This document shows, piece after piece, positions 1 to 14,400 of a DNA stretch of 64,000 nucleotides. Both the position numbers and the translations under genes were made by a program. Numbering within the stretch: the stretch's first letter is position 1; each line of letters opens with the position of its first letter. The stretch covers positions 6,634,001-6,698,000 of the forward strand of contig NW_024704762.1 in assembly GCF_018977255.1 (NCBI RefSeq). The letters run 5' to 3'. The stretch is from Callorhinchus milii (lineage: Eukaryota). The notes under the pieces were generated by a model, which did no database searches, was not told the DNA's origin, and was given only the letters and a program-made list of their open reading frames with translations.

Positions 1-3000
1 CTGCTGTCTGGCCATCAGCAGCTTTTGCAGGTCTTCGTCAGGATCGACGACGTGGGAATCGATGGGCAGCTCGTGAGGACCGAGCAACTTGGGGCTGTAT
101 TTCCCGGCGTCGAAGTCATCCAGGCTCTGTTGGATCAGGTCCTCCTCGGTGAGCACCGCCTCCCCTTCAGCCTCGGTCTCTGGCTTCTCTTCAGTTGTTG
201 GGTTGGGCTCGGGAGCTTCTGCAGAGGAGGTGCCTGGCATTTCCTGGTCTCCTTTTGACCTGCACGAGGCGAATAAATCCATGTGGAGCAGGAGGTGATA
301 GCAATATAGACAAGCATGTCGCGAGACAATGTGTTAAAGGACTTTAAACACAGTTTAAAGTTTTTGTGTCCCAGGGAGAAGTCATTAAAAGAAGAAAACT
401 GAATCTGCACCAACGTCAATTTTGTTCCCCAAATAATTAAACATTTCCTGAATTAGGGGGATGGTTGTGGGTGGAGAATGACCCACTCCTTTTCCCAGAA
501 ACTGCACAAAAGCTCAAAGTGAATCTGAGGCAACAGGCAAACGTATACTCAACTCTGACTTACGTGCCTTACCACAAAGTGGCCCCCAAAGATGCTGTGG
601 AATCACATTCCGCACACTTCTCAGCTTGAATCATTCACAAATTTAATCCCTAGCATTTGAACGGCGCCCCCCAAAAAATTAAAAAATAAAAATCACTGCC
701 TGAAATTGTGCAAGAGATAAATTGGCAGCACTGACCCAGGAGTGGAGATGTGACCACGGAGCACATGGAGAAGGAGAATTTAACAATATAGACACCATGT
801 AAAGCGTGTCGCAAGACAATATGGTGAGGAATTAAGTAATCTGATATGAAATGGGTGGGTGGGAAGTGTCCGTTCAACTCTTTAATGCTGAAAAGAGAGG
901 TCGTTTAACAGTCTAGTGATGGAACCACTTCAAAACGTAAGCGGGTACATACTTGTCCGTGGGAGTCTGTGGCTCTCTCTTTACAATGGGAAACAAGGGC
1001 TCATTCTCCACTCCCTGTTTACGTTTATAGAGACTCTCACGCAACTCAGCCTGCCCTGTTTCACTGGGTCTGAGGGAACAATACATCGAGAAGTAGCAAC
1101 TTATCCAAAGATAAAACTACTGGATGAAGGACAAAGACAAGCCGACTTCCGTGAATTGTTGTGGTGAACTTAAACCTTTTCAGGTAAGACACGATGAACC
1201 AAATTGGATCGTTCAACCTCGGCACAATATTCTTGTGCGATGAGATTGCCAAACTCATTTACTTCTGAACTTTTGGCTGGTAACTCGCTCATTAAAAAGG
1301 AAGACTCTTGTACTTTGTCCCGTGATCTCTACTCTCAAAATGCACTCCAATTAAGTAGAAGTGATATAATGCACTTGTTTCAGTAGTTTTTTTAAAAAAA
1401 AACTGGATCATATCCCTTCCCCACAAATCCTCCTGAAAACAAGTTCAGTTCTGTGAACCTTTCAAATACAATACTTTCATGTCAGGAAGTCATCCCAAGG
1501 CGCTGGACAGTCAGGGATTTAAACCTGACCTGGGGGGATTGGGATCAGGAAGGGTGGAGGGCAGAGAGTAGCCAAATGCTATTTATGTTTAAACTACTCA
1601 CTTTCACAGATAGCTTGATAACATCAGCAAGTTTGAGATTACACAGTAATTACTCTCATCCAAGTTTACGTATGAATAAAATGGGCAGCAAGCAACCCGT
1701 TATAACCATTGTGGAACTGTTATCGGATCCCCTATACACAGTACTGCTTGTTACTCCTCGAAACTCTGTCCCAATCATATAAACATCCTTACCTGAGAGG
1801 CGAGGTGTCCGGGTCAGAATGGTCGGGCGAGGAAGCATTGCTGAAATATTACACAAAAGGGAGAGAATCAAACACAGATTTAATAACCAGTATTACCTCA
1901 TTGACATGGATTGAGAAGGCAATTTACTGTGAGTAGCTGTGAGATGGGTTTGTACATAAAGGCTGCTCTTCAGGAATACCCGAAATAATAATAATTCTTG
2001 CATTTGATATAGCGCCTTATCATATCTTCCAGACTGTAAAATAAATTGACTGTTGCAAGAATGAAACAAAAGGAGCTGACTTACACAAAGCTTTCTAAAC
2101 CTCCTATCCCCCGAGTTCTGTGCACAACAAGTTATTTAGACAAATTATCAGGACACAAATGTTGTTGAAATAAACAACACATCAAAGGGTTGCAACCATG
2201 TCACAAACCAAGACAGCAGAGCACAACTAATTCATCAATATCAATATTACCCTTGTATTTTCCCACCATCCAGAACACCCACCCACCATGTTATGCTCAA
2301 TAACAGGAGCTCCCAAACTGGTAAACTACAATTATTAGAAGTCTCAGGGCCAAATTTGACTTGGAATGATATTGTATGGCATAACTTGAACTGCACGCTG
2401 ATATTAACTTACATTTGATTGCATATTAAACATACACCATATAAATATATATCTATTGGACAGTTGAGTGCCAATGTTCTGTATCACAGAGATTAAAATA
2501 CATACACTTTTTGAACTATGCAATATGAAATTAGATCAACCCACCCGTTAGTATGACAGGAAAACAGCGCTAAACATTCAGAGTAGCCATATGCAAGAAT
2601 CCACTTAAAAATGCACGAAGATACGTACTGATTAGACGATTTTGATTCCTTGTTAATAATGGGAAACAAAGGTTCACTTTCCACTCCCTGCTCCTGCTTC
2701 AGTTTGTAAAGCTTCTGCCGCAAAACGTCCTGGTGTCTTTCACGGAGCCTGTTGAAAATGCCACAAAGAGACTGGGTATCCAACAACAACAACAAGATTA
2801 CACGTGTACAGCGCCTTTCACGTCGGGAGGACGTCCCACGGCGCTGGACAGAGTACAGCATTTCAGACCTGAGCTGGGGTCAGGGAGGGAGAAGGGAGGG
2901 GAAGGGGGGTGACCGATGGCATGTCCAAACATCCAAACAAAATCTGAGTGTGCTTCATGTGGGGAGCTGCACAGGTCAAGAAAGGTCCCAGAGTCGATCC

Positions 3001-6000
3001 CAGTTGATTGTTCTCAGACAGGAGAGAAGGTACCAGGGGTGGGTGGGAGGGGGGGTGGAATTACAAAATCGGGCTTTACCATTACCAGGGCGGGAGAGAA
3101 ATGAAAATGAGAGGGATCTAGCTAGCTTTCGTCACCATAACTGACCTGACTTTCCAAAAATCCCTGCAACACATAATTAATCATCCTTGCCTTACAGCAC
3201 CTAGAACATGAATGTGTCTCAAAGCACTTCACAGGTAACGGCTGTCAAGTGTAGTGACTGTATTTGTAGCTAAACATGGCCTTTACCAATGTCTGTACAG
3301 CAATCAACGGAATGCGATCTTCAGATCAGATCACATCCGAAGACCTTCCTCTTCGACTGTGCCTACGGTCAGCTCCCCCCTCTCCCCGGCTCCGCCAATG
3401 TTAAGCGCTCCGAGACACTACACCGTGTGAAACGTGCCATATAGTGCAAGATAATAATAATAATCTTTGCATTTGATTATAGGGTCTTATCATGTCATTG
3501 AGATGTCTCAAAGTGCTTTATAGAATACACTGTCAAGTGAATTGACTATATATTTTGTGGGCAAAACGTGGCAGCCAATTGCGCACAGCAGTATCCCACA
3601 AAAGGTCATTGATTGAGTGACCAATGTTTTTTTTTTGGACATGGTTGTTGTGCATCTGATGGTTTTGTGTAAATATAAAATGAGTGGGAGATGGCTTGTT
3701 GGACTCTTATTCTCTCAGGCATGAAACTAAAAAGCACGCCAATGCTCTAGCAACTGAAGAATCATCACAAAAAATTAACAAAATAAACAAGTTTTTTTTC
3801 TCTGCCTGCCTCCCTCCCTCTCTCTCCCCCTCCCTCCCAAAGAAAATAAACAGGTCCAATATTAAATATGTTTTCCAGTACTAATGAAACACATCTGTAC
3901 ATTTGTGTAAATACCAAGTATAGCCGATGACACAACTGTCATCAAGTTCTGTTTAAACATAGCCTCTCTCATTTGGCAGATTTAAAATTAAATAAATGAA
4001 CGAGAGAGAGTGAGTTTTTTTTGGAATCCGCTGTTCAGATAATTCCCCAGTGTATCTGAAATACATTTCCAGATCGCTGTCAATTGGAAGGTTATGTGCA
4101 GATCAGCACTGGGACTAACTACAGGCTTGAAAATTTCAGGCTTTCAGAAACACATCATTTCCCCCCCCCCCCCCAAGAGAACTCAATAGATTAAGGACAT
4201 TCCATGCATTTCACAAAACATCCACTTTCCTGACGAAATGAAACAGTGCATATTTACATGTATATACAGTAGCTTTCATGTCGAGAGGACAAAAATATTC
4301 TCTAGCCCAATGTCACTAAAACAAAATCCACTCCACCATTCCTCAATGGTGAAAGGCATTCCTTCTGAGCCCTACGGGTATCCTTACAATCCTTAAAAAT
4401 GTTTTACAGTATTGATCCCCTCTTGAAACGACTAAATGCCATTGACAACAATCATTACTTTTTAATACAGCATCGAAACACTGCAAAGCGCTTCACAGGG
4501 AATTACTGACAAGGACCCTGTAATAACTGTATATTCACAGGCAAAAATGAGTGTTGTTTTGTGCACAGCCAGCCATGAATAAATGACCAATTTATCTCGA
4601 GTTCTGACGAAAGGGCATAGTCCTGAAATGCTAACTAATTTTCCTCTCTCCATAGATGCTGCCCGGCCTGCTGCGTTTTTCCAGTGACTTCTGTATTTAT
4701 TATCTGGAGGACATACACAACAGCCAGTTGCAGTCAGAGTCGGGACTACTTTGCCAATCGTTTGACATACTGGTTTTGTTTGCATTCCTCCAACCCCCTG
4801 ACCAGTCAGTCGTACCTGGCTCGAGCCATATAGGCTTTCAGCTGTTGCAATAAGGATTCCCAGTAGCCAATGTCCAGATTTGAGCCGCCAGTTTTGATCT
4901 TGGCCTCAATGTTCTGGAACAGCACCTGCAGCTGATTGTAGGTTTTCCCTTTAAATACCAACTGCACATCAGTGCTCACTGAGGTGTTGATGCCCTCTCG
5001 TCGCTCTCCTGAGCAATAAAAAAAACACAAAAAGCATTACGCTTTGAAGAAGAAATGCTCATCTTTGCTTTTAATACAATTTTTCACAATTAATGTCGAA
5101 GTAATGAACCATGCATTGCTGCTCACAAGAGAATTTCAAATGAAGAAAATAATTCAGCCCGTTTGATCTCATCTTTCCACTAAACTTTTGTCTTCCATCG
5201 AGCTGTTTCTTCAGTGACTTGGCCTCAGACCACAAACTGTTGCTAACACTCGGGAAAAAAAACTCTCAAAGAAGAGTTAGCATTAAAAGACTGCTGGCCT
5301 CAATGGCTTTGTGTTGTATTTGATCCATTTATCATGAGACAGAGAAAAGGGCACAGAATGAGGTAATACCATTAGTGTGATACACCAAACCACAGGCATG
5401 AATGTCACTCTAATCCACCACTAGATCGCGCCACAGATCTGATTCCAATCACACATAATTGTGATATTTAATAGGAATGAGCTCTGTGGTTGATACGGAC
5501 AACCTTCACGTTCCATCCTGAACGTGAAGGATTCCACTATCATAACCGGAATACTGTTATTGCCCAAAACAGTTTAATTTAAACTTATTATGTCGTCACT
5601 CTGATAAAACGAAACCCTTTTGAGCTGGATGTCGCACTATTACGGGAAGTCTTATTAGACAAAACAATGTTCTTAGTTCTGAGGTATTCCTCACATGGGA
5701 GGGTCCCCATTACCTGGTCCTTTTCCTGAAGCCTCCAACTTTTTCAGGTTACTTATTTCGTCCTCAGTAATGGTGGTCATATCTCTCCAGAAGTCAGCGT
5801 TCTTCCCTTGCTCCAGTTCCATGTAAACCTGAAGGAAAGGTGTGTGACATTCACATTTCATGGCTCCATTTATTATCCCATTTCCACATAGTGTACTACT
5901 TTGCCCGCAAAATATACAGTCAATTCACTTTACAGTATATTCTGTGAAGCGCTTTGAGACGTCTCGAAGACATGATAAGGCGCTGTATCAAATGCAGGAA

Positions 6001-9000
6001 TTATTATTATTATGAGTCCAAATGTGCCGAAAAGCCGTTGGAATGGACCGTTACTTTATAAAGGAGCGAGAATTAAATCACACGCGCTGCAAAGATCTCT
6101 TTACTGGATTCCGAAGCCACTTTTTTTTAAGAAAAATGAACACGAAGGATGTCAATGCAAAGAACATCTCCACCCAGTGTCAGTATCACGTATTGCTAGA
6201 GCAACAGAAAAATTCCTGTAAGGCATCACACACGGGCTGAAATTCTGGTCAGTGTTAAATGTGCGGCACCTTTGCCAAAGTCAACTGATAATGGGGAATC
6301 TCCCCCTCCCCTTCCCCCATTTAAAATTCACGCAATGTCTCCCACTAGACATCACCAAAGGTGCTGCTTACAACACTGACCAGAATTCCCGTCCATTAAT
6401 TTGCACTTTAATTCAGTGAAATGACCCCTTGATGCCTTCCTTTACCAACTATGACATTTGCAATTCGCATTGTTAACATCCTCGTGGCCTCTCCCACTGA
6501 GATTTAAGAACAAGTCATTAGTTTTGCGATGTTGACCTAAACAGTGGGAACAAAACAGATGCCAAAAATCGGGTCCCCTTTTTGGGCTTCTGAGACTATA
6601 GTACAACCTGATTTGAAGCCATTAAATTCTGACTGCGGTTCCAATGAAAGGGATGCAGTCCTGCATTTATTAAGTGGTGCTACTCACTCGAATATCTTCG
6701 AGAAGATCCTCCAAGTCTGATGCAGTCAGCCCATTCAGGAAGGTGTAGGGTTCGTGCATCTCCACAGCCAGGTCATCGTCTTCCGCACTGATGTACTTCG
6801 CAAGGAGGTCGATTGGCTTTGCTCGGCCTCCCAGGATACGGATCTTTGATCTGAAGCAAACAAATCAGAGACGGGGATGATAATATGGCCATCTTGAAAA
6901 CAGCGCTAGAGAAACAGAAACATACAACAACAAATTATTTTTGTATAGCGCCTTTCACATCGGGAGGCCTTCCCAAGGCGCCGGATAGTCAAGGGGTGGA
7001 GGGCAAGGGAGGATGCAAGCTTGAATAAATGGAGGAAAATAATAATAATAATCCGTGCATTTGATATAGCGCCTTATTAACTCTTTGAGAAGTCTCAAAT
7101 AATTTATTCTAAAATTAATTGACTGTGTATTTTGTGGGCAGTCAATTGCTCACAGCAGTGTCCTACAAACAGTCTTGGATTGAGTGATTTAATTATTATT
7201 ATTAAAAAAGACAGAGAATGAGACCTACACAGAGAGAGATAGAGGAGTTCATTTCTAAGTGATTGATCTACACACCTCAGTTTAGCTTGCTGCAGGTGGA
7301 AATAATCCTCTTGTTCCGCCCAAGTCTTGAAGTGTTCGGCTTCCTTCTCCCTCTGCAACATCTCCAGCTCCTGTTCACGGAGGCCCTTTTCGCGTTCCCG
7401 CTCCAAGCGCAGCTGCTTCACCTACAAACAGAGTGGAAAGCAATCACTTAAACGTTTAGCCGGCAAAATATAATGAATTCACTTTACAGTATATCCTGTG
7501 AAGCGCTTTGAGACGTCTCGAAGACATGAAAAGGCGCTGTATCAAATGCAAAGATTACTATTATTATTGTTGTTATTATTATCAAACAAAGCAAACAGTT
7601 TCTACCCAGCTCTGATAACAGGGTGACCTTTTCACAAGCTACCGAGCGAATAGAAGGAAATAAAAGCATTCTGCTCACAGGTACTATAGAGTACTTCATA
7701 TTGGAAGGAAAGCAGTTGTGAAAAACAAAAGAGACTAATCCATACTTTCTGCAGTTCCATACGGTTTTCCTCTTGTATCCTCTTGTTTCTATCTTTCAGA
7801 TCCTTTTCATCCAGATGGCCAATTCCTTTTTTTTCCAATGCCTGCGAGACAAGAACAAAAGAGTAAACCCCTCGCAAAAAAGCACTGTCCACGTCAGCAC
7901 ATCCTGCGCTCAGTATAAATTTGTGCATGATGTAGACCTGCCTGACGAAATGTAAACAGTATGTGCTGTGAAACAGTTTGAGACATCTCATTGACATGAT
8001 AAGACGCTGTGTCAAAGCAAAGGATCCTTATTATTATTGTTTATTATTACTATTATGCGAGCACTGAACTACTTCACTATTAAAAGAGGTGCATCGAGGA
8101 GCAACACAGATCCTTGTCGGTGGGTGTACCATTAATAATATGTTGCTGTGCGCAATCGGCTGCTGCGTTTCGCCCACAAAACAACCAGTCAATTCTCTTC
8201 ACTGTATATTCAGTGATGCGCTTTGAGACGTCTCGAAGATGTAATGAGGTGCTATCTCTTACTATTATTATTAGCTCAAACGCGAGGGTTAGTATTAATA
8301 ACGTAACCCAACCTTTTGCCAGATAAAGGTGCCAAGAAGATTGTTGTCTCCAAACGGATTGTCTGCGTTGGTGTAGCCCATGTACTCCTCGCTCCAGCCC
8401 ATCTTCTCCCTCTTCTTCCGCTCCTTGGCTTCTTTCCGAGCCAGGCGGCGAGCTCGCTTCTCCTCGGGGGTCTCCATGGCTTTGGCCATCTCCCTGCGCT
8501 TCTGCTTGTCCTCCTTCTGCTTCAGCTTCTCCTGGAGGGTCAGCAGACGGCTGACGCTGCTCGGGCTCTTGGAGCGGGAGGAAGAGGAGGACGAGGAGGA
8601 GCAGGAGGACAGGGAGGGAGAGGAGCCCCTGGAGCCCGGGGCCGGGGAGCGCGAGTGGGGTCTGGGGCGAGCCCGAGGAGGAGGGGGTGAGTGGACTCGC
8701 ATCTTCCTGGTGCTTGGAGGAGGGGCAGGACTCCTCTCCCTGCTGCTCCTCGACTGGGACCTGGACCTGGACCTGCGATGGTGGCGCCTATTCCTGGGCC
8801 TCTCGCGCCTCTTGTGCCGCCGCCGTTGCTGCCCATCCCGTTCCCGGGACCCCGAGCACCGCCTCTCCCGCTCCCGGGACCCCGAGCCCCGCCTCTCCCG
8901 CTCCCGGGACCCCGAGCCCCGCCTCTCCCGCTCCCGGGACCCCGAGCACCGCCTCTCCCGCTCCCGGGACCCCGAGCTCCGCCTCTCCCGGGACCCCGAG

Positions 9001-9131
9001 CCCCGCCTCTCCCGCTCCCGGGACCTCGAGCCCCGCCTCTCCCGCTCCCCCGAGCCCCTCCTCTCCCGCTCCCGGGACCCCGAGCCCCGCCTCTCCCGGT
9101 CCCGGGACCGTTTCCTCGGCTTCCCGCTCAT
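1..9131 (-). CDS. CACTIN: Cactin (spliceosome C complex subunit), 8 coding exons visible, 3' end continues beyond window start
   Basis: Phase-consistent GT-AG exons (-): 9131-8313, 7841-7746, 7421-7276, 6850-6688, 5828-5714, 5008-4816, 2748-2629, 259-<1. Translation has an RS-rich N-terminus, then cactin motifs: ETPEEKRARRLARKEAKERKKREKMGWSEEYMGYTNADNPFGDNNLLGTFIWQK, KIRILGGRAKPIDLLAKYI, EMHEPYTFLN, DIGYWESLLQQLKAYMARARLRERHQDVLRQKLYKLKQEQG. Confidence 0.96.
6236..6392. mobile_element. Short element with terminal inverted repeats (MITE-like hairpin) in a CACTIN intron
   Basis: Left arm aattctggtcagtgtt...gcggcacctttg (6241-6274) is the reverse complement of right arm caaaggtgctgc...aacactgaccagaatt (6356-6387); the spacer is ~80 bp. 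Confidence 0.55.
8836..9110 (-). repeat. Coding 30-bp minisatellite in CACTIN exon 1 encoding (RERERRGSGS)n
   Basis: About 9 copies of cccgagccccgcctctcccgctcccgggac, with some shortened 24-bp variants that keep the frame. Confidence 0.9.
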
Positions 9132-9451
9132 CCTCGTCCACCAGCAGCTCCCTGAGTGGGGCCTATTTCGCTCGCGTCGCGTCTCCGATGACGTTGCCGC
9201 GTGCCTCCGTCAGCGCCTCAGTCTTTAAACCCAAAGTAAAGTAACGTCACAGCCGCAAGTTGCAAAGTCATTTTTATTTAAATTCTTTTACAAGGTTTTG
9301 AATACCAATCAACACACAAAGCAAAGGTTTTGGCAATTGACAGGCGACCGAGGCACTGCTCAGGCAGTTTGCAACAAGACCTGTCCGGGAGGGGCGGGGG
9401 GGGGGGGTCTTGGTTTGTTTTGGTCGCTTTAAAGAGGCCAAGTAGTGGGCG

Positions 9452-10097
9452 AAGAGAGAGGAAGGAAAGAGGGGGATAGAGAAAAGAGGGGAAGAGGGGG
9501 ATTGAGAAAAGAGGGGAAGAGGAGGGAAGAGAAAGGAGGGAAGAGGAGGATAGAGAAAGGAGGGGAAGAGGAGGGAAGAGAAAAGAGGGGAAGAGGAGGA
9601 TAGAGAAAGGAGGGGAAGAGGAGGATAGAGAAAGGAGGGGAAGAGGAGGATAGAGAAAGGAGGGGAAGAGGAGGATAGAGAAAGGAGGGGAAGAGGAGGG
9701 AAGAGAAAAGAGGGGAAGAGGAGGATAGAGAAAGGAGGGGAAGAGGAGGGAAGAGAAAAGAGGGGAAGAGGAGGGAAGAGAAAAGAGGGGAAGAGGAGGA
9801 TAGAGAAAGGAGGGGAAGAGGAGGGAAGAGAAAAGAGGGGAAGAGGGGGATAGAGAAAAGAGGGGAAGAGAAAAGGGGAAGAGGAGGATAGAGAAAGGAG
9901 GGGAAGAGGGGGATAGAGAAAAAAGGAAGAGGGGATAGAGAAAAGAGGAGGATAGAGAAAGGAGGGGAAGAGGAGGGAAGAGAAAAGAGGGAAAGAGGAG
10001 GATAGAGAAAAGAGTGGAGGTGGGGAAGAATAGAGGGAAGAGGGAAAGGAAGGAGAGAGGGAAGGAGGAAGGAAAGAGGAGAGAGAGAGAGAGAGGA
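9452..10097 (+). repeat. Polypurine minisatellite (~22-bp unit gaggaggatagagaaaggaggggaa-like)
   Basis: About 640 bp that is almost entirely A/G on the + strand, ~320 bp upstream of the CACTIN start codon. Confidence 0.9.
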
Positions 10098-10129
10098 TCT
10101 CCAAAACGCATGTCTCTTTATTAAGGGAA

Positions 10130-10292
10130 TAAATGTAAGACCGAATTGGATAGATATCGGTTGGGTCAGGGTATTAAGGGATACGGGGCAAGGGCGGGTA
10201 ATTGGACTCGAGTTACAGATCAGCCACGATCTTATAGAATGGCGGAACGGGTTCGGGGTGGGTGGGGGCTGAATGGCCTCCTCCTGTTCCTA
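10130..10292 (+). mobile_element. 3' tail of a chondrichthyan CR1-clade LINE (HER1/HE1-like tail)
   Basis: Matches the recalled shark CR1 3' end: ...gaattggatagat...ggtattaagggatacggggcaagggcggg...gatcagccacgatcttatagaatggcggaacggg...gctgaatggcctcctcctgttcc. Confidence 0.7.
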
Positions 10293-11450
10293 GGTTTCCA
10301 ATGTGAATTGTATGAGGGCGTTTGGAATAATCCATGGGGTTCTGCTTCAGCAAAGGAACGCCACTTTCCAGGCCTCCCTCCGTGCCAACTGTGTTAAGTA
10401 TTTTTAAAATGTTTTGGGGTTGTTTGTTTTTTTTGCCTTTAGTTTTTGAGAGTAAAAAGGGGTCAATTCTCTTATTTTGGAACGGCTGAGGCATTTTTCT
10501 CACTTAAGATTCCGGGGACACGATCATACTTTTATATGACCAGTTAACCACACAAAGTTGTGTATAAGTGCTCAAAGCAAAGGTCGTAATCGAAAGGCAA
10601 ACTTCCAAGTCAAACATTTATTCGAGTGAAGCTTTTAACAATTTGTCCAATTTTGACACGAAAAGCCACAGCTGTACTTGATTTTTTTTTTAACGTATAA
10701 GAATCCGTTAAACGGCATTAGAATATTTCATAGCAATGAGAGAAAATCAAATTACATTTCATTCAGGGAGGTCGTTAAGAATTTGGCATGAAATCACATG
10801 AGAAGTTTTTTTCCTGAATTGTAATCAATAGAAATCGTTCACATACAGTAGTACATTTAACACTGACAACGTGTAACCGTTTGGATTGTGCCACAGATTC
10901 AATTCCAAATCACCGAACACAAGATCAGTTTCTAACTCAGTGATCAGAGTTTTAGGGCTTCACAGCTGTCTAGTTACTTAAAACAACTGTCCTGTGATTG
11001 TACAACCAGATCTACTTTAGCAGGCTTTGGCACAGTTTGATGAACAGGCTTGCAGTTTTAGAGGCAATTCATAATGTACATTGATAAAGAATACTGCAGG
11101 AGAAAAAAAAGTAACTTTAGCTTTTGCATGAGGTATTACTGCGTACAATCATTGCGCTTTTCAAAGCTTATTTGCGGAAGCAGGTCAATGGTTTGACAAC
11201 TAACTTAGTAAATATAATCACATGGAATTGTGGACCATGCTGCGAAACATCCTTAAAACAAAAGCCTCCTTGTATTTATTCTTTTTTTGGAATGACACTT
11301 GGTGTTGGCTGTTTTCTGCCCCTCCCAAGTTATTCAAGACAAGATGCTAATCACAATTATTTCTTTCATTTCACTCTCATTCAGCGACATGGCACAGACT
11401 CTTCTGGAGATTTATTCAGCTTTTATTAGCACTTTTAATAACAGTGTCCA

Positions 11451-14400
11451 TTATAAACTCCACACTTTCTTTATATACGCCTCTTTGAAGCTGTAGTCAC
11501 TCACGTAGTATCCAACATCCGGATGGCTCTTCAGGCTGCAGGCTAAAGTAGTTGTTTTAAAGTATTCGAGAAACTGGTGGGTGATGTTGCGAATGTTGAT
11601 GATTGTATCTTCCAAGGCGGGCAGCACTTTGGTAACGTACTGCATCCAATCGGCCAGATTTATTTTCCACCACTCCTGGTCAGGGTCGGGCATGATTTCC
11701 CCACTTGTTTCCAGAACATCGACAGAGTTCCTGTACAGTTCCTCCGCCAATTCCACCACATCTTTGCAGAACATTTCCAAACAGACCAGCGACTCTGGGA
11801 ACACGCAGAATAAGGACTGTTCTAAAGAGAAATATGAATGAGGAAAGAAATATGTATTTTGTGGATCTGCTTTGAACTATTCTTAATTAATAATAATAAT
11901 AATCCTTGCATTTGATATAGCGCTTTTCACGTCGGGAGGACGTCCCAAAGCGCTTCGAATTAGTTTGAGTACTGTAAAATTATTTTTTAAACTTACACAC
12001 AAACACATATTAGTTTATTGAATACATATTTTTAGTTAAAACCGTTAGCCGTGAAGAAAGATCCTGTTTAAAGGAACAGTGGGTAAATATTTGGACAGAT
12101 TGAGACCTTGGGAGAACTGCTTCAAACTCCAGTTTATCTCCTACAATGTCAAGACTGCATTCTACACCAAAGCCAAAATAGTGTAAAAATAGACCCAAAC
12201 ACACATTCCCTCCTGTGGACAAATTGGCGGTGTTTTGCGAAATGCACGAACTCTGGAATAATGTACCATTAATAAAGTAGTTAGAATTCTGGAATTAGCG
12301 AGTTTTCCTGTTCATTACTAAATAAGTGGAATCGAATTTGAAGATGCAAAAATAGTTATTCCAGAGAATTAAACTTCCGAATCCATGGATCGGGAGGGTT
12401 CTTGTTTAACGAAGTGAAATTGCTGCATCGTGAGATCTCAGTCAAAATCAGTCGCTGGTCACACTCATTGAGAGGAACAGCAATCCATGATTTAGAAAAA
12501 AAAAACAACCACTAAAGTCTTTTCAATCCTTCGCCCAGCAAATTCTTACGTTCTTATTACATAGTTTGGATCACGACATGTGTGTTCGACTGCCAGAACG
12601 GTGGAAGGCGAACTGGATGGACCTTGTCTTTCGCCCTTCTATGTTCCCATGATTTTTGTTCTCTTGTCTCCCATCGCTACAAGGAGAAAAATAAGTGGAA
12701 GAACGCACCAGTGTCGGATTCTGAAATACAGCTTCCCACAGTTCGGCTCTCCTTGTTATGCATGTGTATCAGTTCCTGTAAATAAAGAACATTATTTCTT
12801 AAATCCTTGTTTAGGTAGCTTCTGGCTATTTATTGCTTTGCAGAAAATAAATACATAAAAGTGCCATATAGGTTTTTGACAGAAATGTGTGCTTCTTGTC
12901 CCGCCTCCATTCTTAACAAAATAGATGTGGTCATTCAATCCACGACCACATGTTTGTGGGACGCTGCTGAACGCAATTGGGTGCCCCGTTTCGCACACAT
13001 AATATGCAGTCAATTCACTTTATATTCTGCGAAGCAATTCGAGACGTCTCAATGACGTGATATGGCGCTATATCAAATATAAGGATTATCATTCTAATTA
13101 ACATGCATAACAGCCCGGCAAGATCTCTCTTACAGCGCACAGGGAAGATAAGAGGCCAGCATTTAAACTCTCGTATCTTTTCTTCCGAAGGAAAGTTTAA
13201 AAATATAAAACGGAAGTACAATTTTGCCAGCGGCCACGACTTACCTCTGTGGTGACTGCTGCGTGTCGTAAATTTCTCTTTTGCAGATATATAAACTCTG
13301 AGATAAACCTCACGTGTTGCTGATCAAGAGAATTTAGCTCAATCAGGGTAACCCCTTTTCTGTGTAAGGCATGTACCTTCGCGCTCCAGCTCCTCTGAAG
13401 ATCGTTGATGCTGTTGGTTGCCTCGGCTGACTCACTGCCATTCCATCTGCAGTACGAGCAGAGGAACCTCGCGTTCAATTTTCAGGGGGGGAAAACATAA
13501 TGTACAATAATAACCCTTGCATTTAATACGGCGCCTCATCACGTCTTCGGGGCATCTCAAAGCGCTTCACAGGGTATACTGTAAAGTGAATTGACTGTCG
13601 ATTTTGTGGGCGAAACACCCACAGTTGAAACAGTAGCAGTTGCTTTCCTTCATCCATCAGCACGTTCAGGAACTTTTGCAGTTGAACAGGTGCAAGTGCT
13701 GGCTACGGGATTTGTTCACAGTAAAAATACATTCCGAAGCGTGCAATTAAGAACAGTACCAAGGAGAAAGTAATTCAACCCCCTCAACCAACACCCCTCT
13801 CACCCCACCCCCCACTCCCCTTGAGAAGGGCCTTGGATGAGGGGGTGGTTCAAGAAACCAAAGGAATGCAGAACAAAATCCTAAATGTAAGCAGGACAAT
13901 TGTTCCCGCATGTAGGCTAAAAACGAGCTGCAGCATTGCCTGATCTGAACCAGACGAGGACAAACCGATACACCTTAAATAAAGAGCATTGCGGGTGTCT
14001 GAGAGGCACAAAAACCTGAAGAGTCCGTTGAAAGTACTTCTTTCGATCCCAAATATTTCTGAGCTGATAAAAGAACAATTTCATTCCGTTCGACCGTCCT
14101 GAGGCAAATGTAAACCAGAGGGGAAAAAAAATATATTAACCTTTTATTATTTTGTAGGCAATACAAAATTATATAACAAAGAATTATAACAATTAGAACA
14201 AATCTATAATTTGTGGGGTTATAACAAGTAAAACTGTGCGAAGGGAAGGGAACTAGGTGAAGGGAAGGGAAGGAGAACAACATCTGTATTGTATGTAGGC
14301 CATTGCCTGGAAGCATTAACTCACAGCCTAAATAGATGAGGACAGTAACCATCTGTCATAAATACTTTAGTCACATAAAATAATGGGAAACTGGAATGCT

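Noticed and set aside
8316-9244. Several overlapping long ORFs in other frames or strands over CACTIN exon 1
   Set aside because: Shadows of a stop-free GC-rich minisatellite; only the minus-strand RS frame splices into cactin.
9274-10111. 276/277-aa Leu/Phe/Pro/Ser ORFs
   Set aside because: Translation of the polypyrimidine repeat.
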